Assembly (NCBI GenBank): GCA_001275005.1
Contig: JWZX01002618.1
Coordinates: 1-43,255 of the forward strand
Source: Chrysochromulina tobinii
Lineage: Eukaryota
Reading direction: 5' to 3'
Length of the DNA: 43,255 nucleotides
This document shows, piece after piece, positions 41,720 to 43,255 of this stretch; position 1 is the stretch's first letter, and the number at the start of each line of letters is the position of its first letter. A program made the position numbers and the translations under genes. Below the pieces are notes generated by a model that was not told the DNA's origin, did not search any database, and saw only the letters and a list, made by a program, of their open reading frames with translations.

Positions 41720-42859
41720 ATGCTGCATCGCCCACGCACGGAGATGCTGACCGAGCAGGAGCAATCTGCAACTCTGGCGCTGGCTGTGCGAGAGCCCCGA
41801 CTGTTGGCGTTGCTTGCAGCAAGCCATGTGCAGCTACAGCACGCTCTGCCTGCGCGTTCGCTACCGCCTGCGACTGCCGCGACGGAGGTTTTTGAGTCTG
41901 CATTGTCACCGTTGCACCCGCCAGCTGGCACTGCTGAAGTCTCTCTATCACACTCTCGATATCGGAGGCTGCAACCAGCACCACCGCTTCTACCGTCACA
42001 TGTGCCGCCACTCTCGTCACCATTCCAACCTCCTCTGATTACCGGGATGCCACCTCCTGCGTCACCTCCGTCAACACCGCCACCGCCACCAACTCGGGCG
42101 CCAGCGCTGAAATCGTGGTACAGATCAGACGATATTGGCGAGGGTGAACACCTTCAGAGCTGTACCACCATCTGCAACACCATATGTATCAGGTGGTACA
42201 GAGTGTGGTACAGCTGGTGGTACCACGATTCGATCGTCAAGGCGGAGTGTGAAACTGCACCTTGCTCGTTTCACTTTGAGAGCGACCCGACGCTCTCTCC
42301 CGATTTCGAATCGGTATCACCATTGAGGTCGCCTCTGAGGTTGAAGACAAGCGCCCGGTCAGAGCCAGGGTCGCAAGGATCGAAGGCGTCAGCGCAGAAG
42401 TTGAGATCCGCTGCAATTTCCAAGGTCGCGGTGCCACCGCTCAATTTGATGACACCCCGCTCTGGCTCACGAGCGTCGCAGCTCTATTACCTTACCACTG
42501 CGGAACGCGAGGATGCCGAAGAGTCGGCCGCTGATTCGGCCTCACCCATGCCTTCATCGAGCCGTGAATTGTTCGCGGCCGAGCCTTGGGTTGCGCCCAA
42601 GGCGTTGCCTCAAAAGTCGACGCCCGGGGTGGCTTCCAAGATGCGTGTGCCAGCGCTGGACCTCTTGATGCCGCAGCCACCTCTGCTCAAAGAGCCACCG
42701 TACGAAGCGCAATGTCTTTCGCCTCAGCTATGGCCGCAGACGACGCACGGAGCCGTTGTCCTTGACGGTGCCATCACTGATGCTGTGCAGGGAATTGGAA
42801 AGGTGTTTTCGCCATGCCAGCCCAAGCTTTCCCCTCGCGGACGTCACGTGTGGGTTTGA
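41720..42859 (+). CDS. Hypothetical Ser/Pro-rich protein (doubtful; start unknown)
   Basis: 379-codon ORF with VPPLNL and VPALDL motifs. GC3 bias is weaker than in neighbouring genes and no domain is recognisable. Confidence 0.3.
   Translation: MLHRPRTEMLTEQEQSATLALAVREPRLLALLAASHVQLQHALPARSLPPATAATEVFESALSPLHPPAGTAEVSLSHSRYRRLQPAPPLLPSHVPPLSSPFQPPLITGMPPPASPPSTPPPPPTRAPALKSWYRSDDIGEGEHLQSCTTICNTICIRWYRVWYSWWYHDSIVKAECETAPCSFHFESDPTLSPDFESVSPLRSPLRLKTSARSEPGSQGSKASAQKLRSAAISKVAVPPLNLMTPRSGSRASQLYYLTTAEREDAEESAADSASPMPSSSRELFAAEPWVAPKALPQKSTPGVASKMRVPALDLLMPQPPLLKEPPYEAQCLSPQLWPQTTHGAVVLDGAITDAVQGIGKVFSPCQPKLSPRGRHVWV
42111..42230. mobile_element. 120-bp fold-back (MITE-like) element with 11-bp TIRs and internal GTGGTAC(AG) motifs
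   Basis: AATCGTGGTAC (42111-42121) and GTACCACGATT (42220-42230). Internal AGCTGTACCAC pairs with GTGGTACAGCT. No clear TSD. Confidence 0.55.
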
Positions 42860-42908
42860 GCAACATGTGATGGTGTTGCGTCATATGAAACACATATCCT
42901 CGTGTAGA

Positions 42909-42951
42909 ACTCTCGAGATCTTCCCCGTAGACGACTCTCGAGATCTTCCCC
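42909..42951. repeat. 18-bp direct repeat ACTCTCGAGATCTTCCCC, period 25
   Basis: Copies at 42909-42926 and 42934-42951. Confidence 0.85.
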
Positions 42952-43255
42952 ACACGTCACTCCTTGGGTTGCGCGCCGAGCCGCACGGGCCGGCCGCGGG
43001 CGCGGGACGATCCTGCGCACAGGCAATCATCATCGTAAAAATCGAAATCGCGGTACGCGGACAATCGCGAACGCGAGGCCGCACGAATCACAGTATCACC
43101 ACGGGACACATGCACCGACACAACCAGAATGCAGATAGCACGGCATTGTACGAAAAGGATTTAGTTACCGCTGTTTCGCCCCTCTCCGCCCCTCGGCGCC
43201 CCTCGCCCTCGCCCCTCGTTTTCGGTTTGAGCGTTCCTCACCGGCTGTCGTCGTG

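Noticed and set aside
1..43255. tRNA, rRNA, snRNA genes or an autonomous transposase/reverse transcriptase
   Set aside because: No recognisable conserved motifs were found by eye; a covariance-model search was not possible.

Overview
This is GC-rich, gene-dense eukaryotic nuclear DNA. It is most likely from a haptophyte alga (Chrysochromulina-like), inferred from plastid-type bipartite presequences, few and repetitive introns, and (TTGAC)n tracts. About 13 genes are supportable: a 5'-truncated Pro-rich/EGF/GPS polycystin-1-like membrane protein, a TPR protein with a transglutaminase-like N-terminus, a cold-shock-domain protein with a plastid-type presequence, a CNBD K+ channel ending in an MSH6-type MutS-I domain, a glucose-6-phosphate 1-epimerase, a Zn-finger methyltransferase, a frameshifted DUF4838-like secreted protein, a thylakoid-lumen pentapeptide protein, APC6/CDC16, an SDR, DGAT2, a RING protein and a TSNAXIP1-like EF-hand protein. 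There is also a ~2,680-aa giant repeat protein split by a 1-nt frameshift. The main anomalies are: (1) a young-looking intron made of two 72-nt units, each starting with a copy of the downstream exon; (2) a second tandem-repeat, in-frame intron in DGAT2 with related motifs; (3) the channel-MutS-I chimera, with an 11-bp duplication cutting off its N-terminus; (4) a four-fold repeated, unnamed p25alpha/TPPP-like module in the giant protein; (5) two or three small fold-back (MITE-like) elements. All domain calls come from motif recognition by eye; no database search was run.
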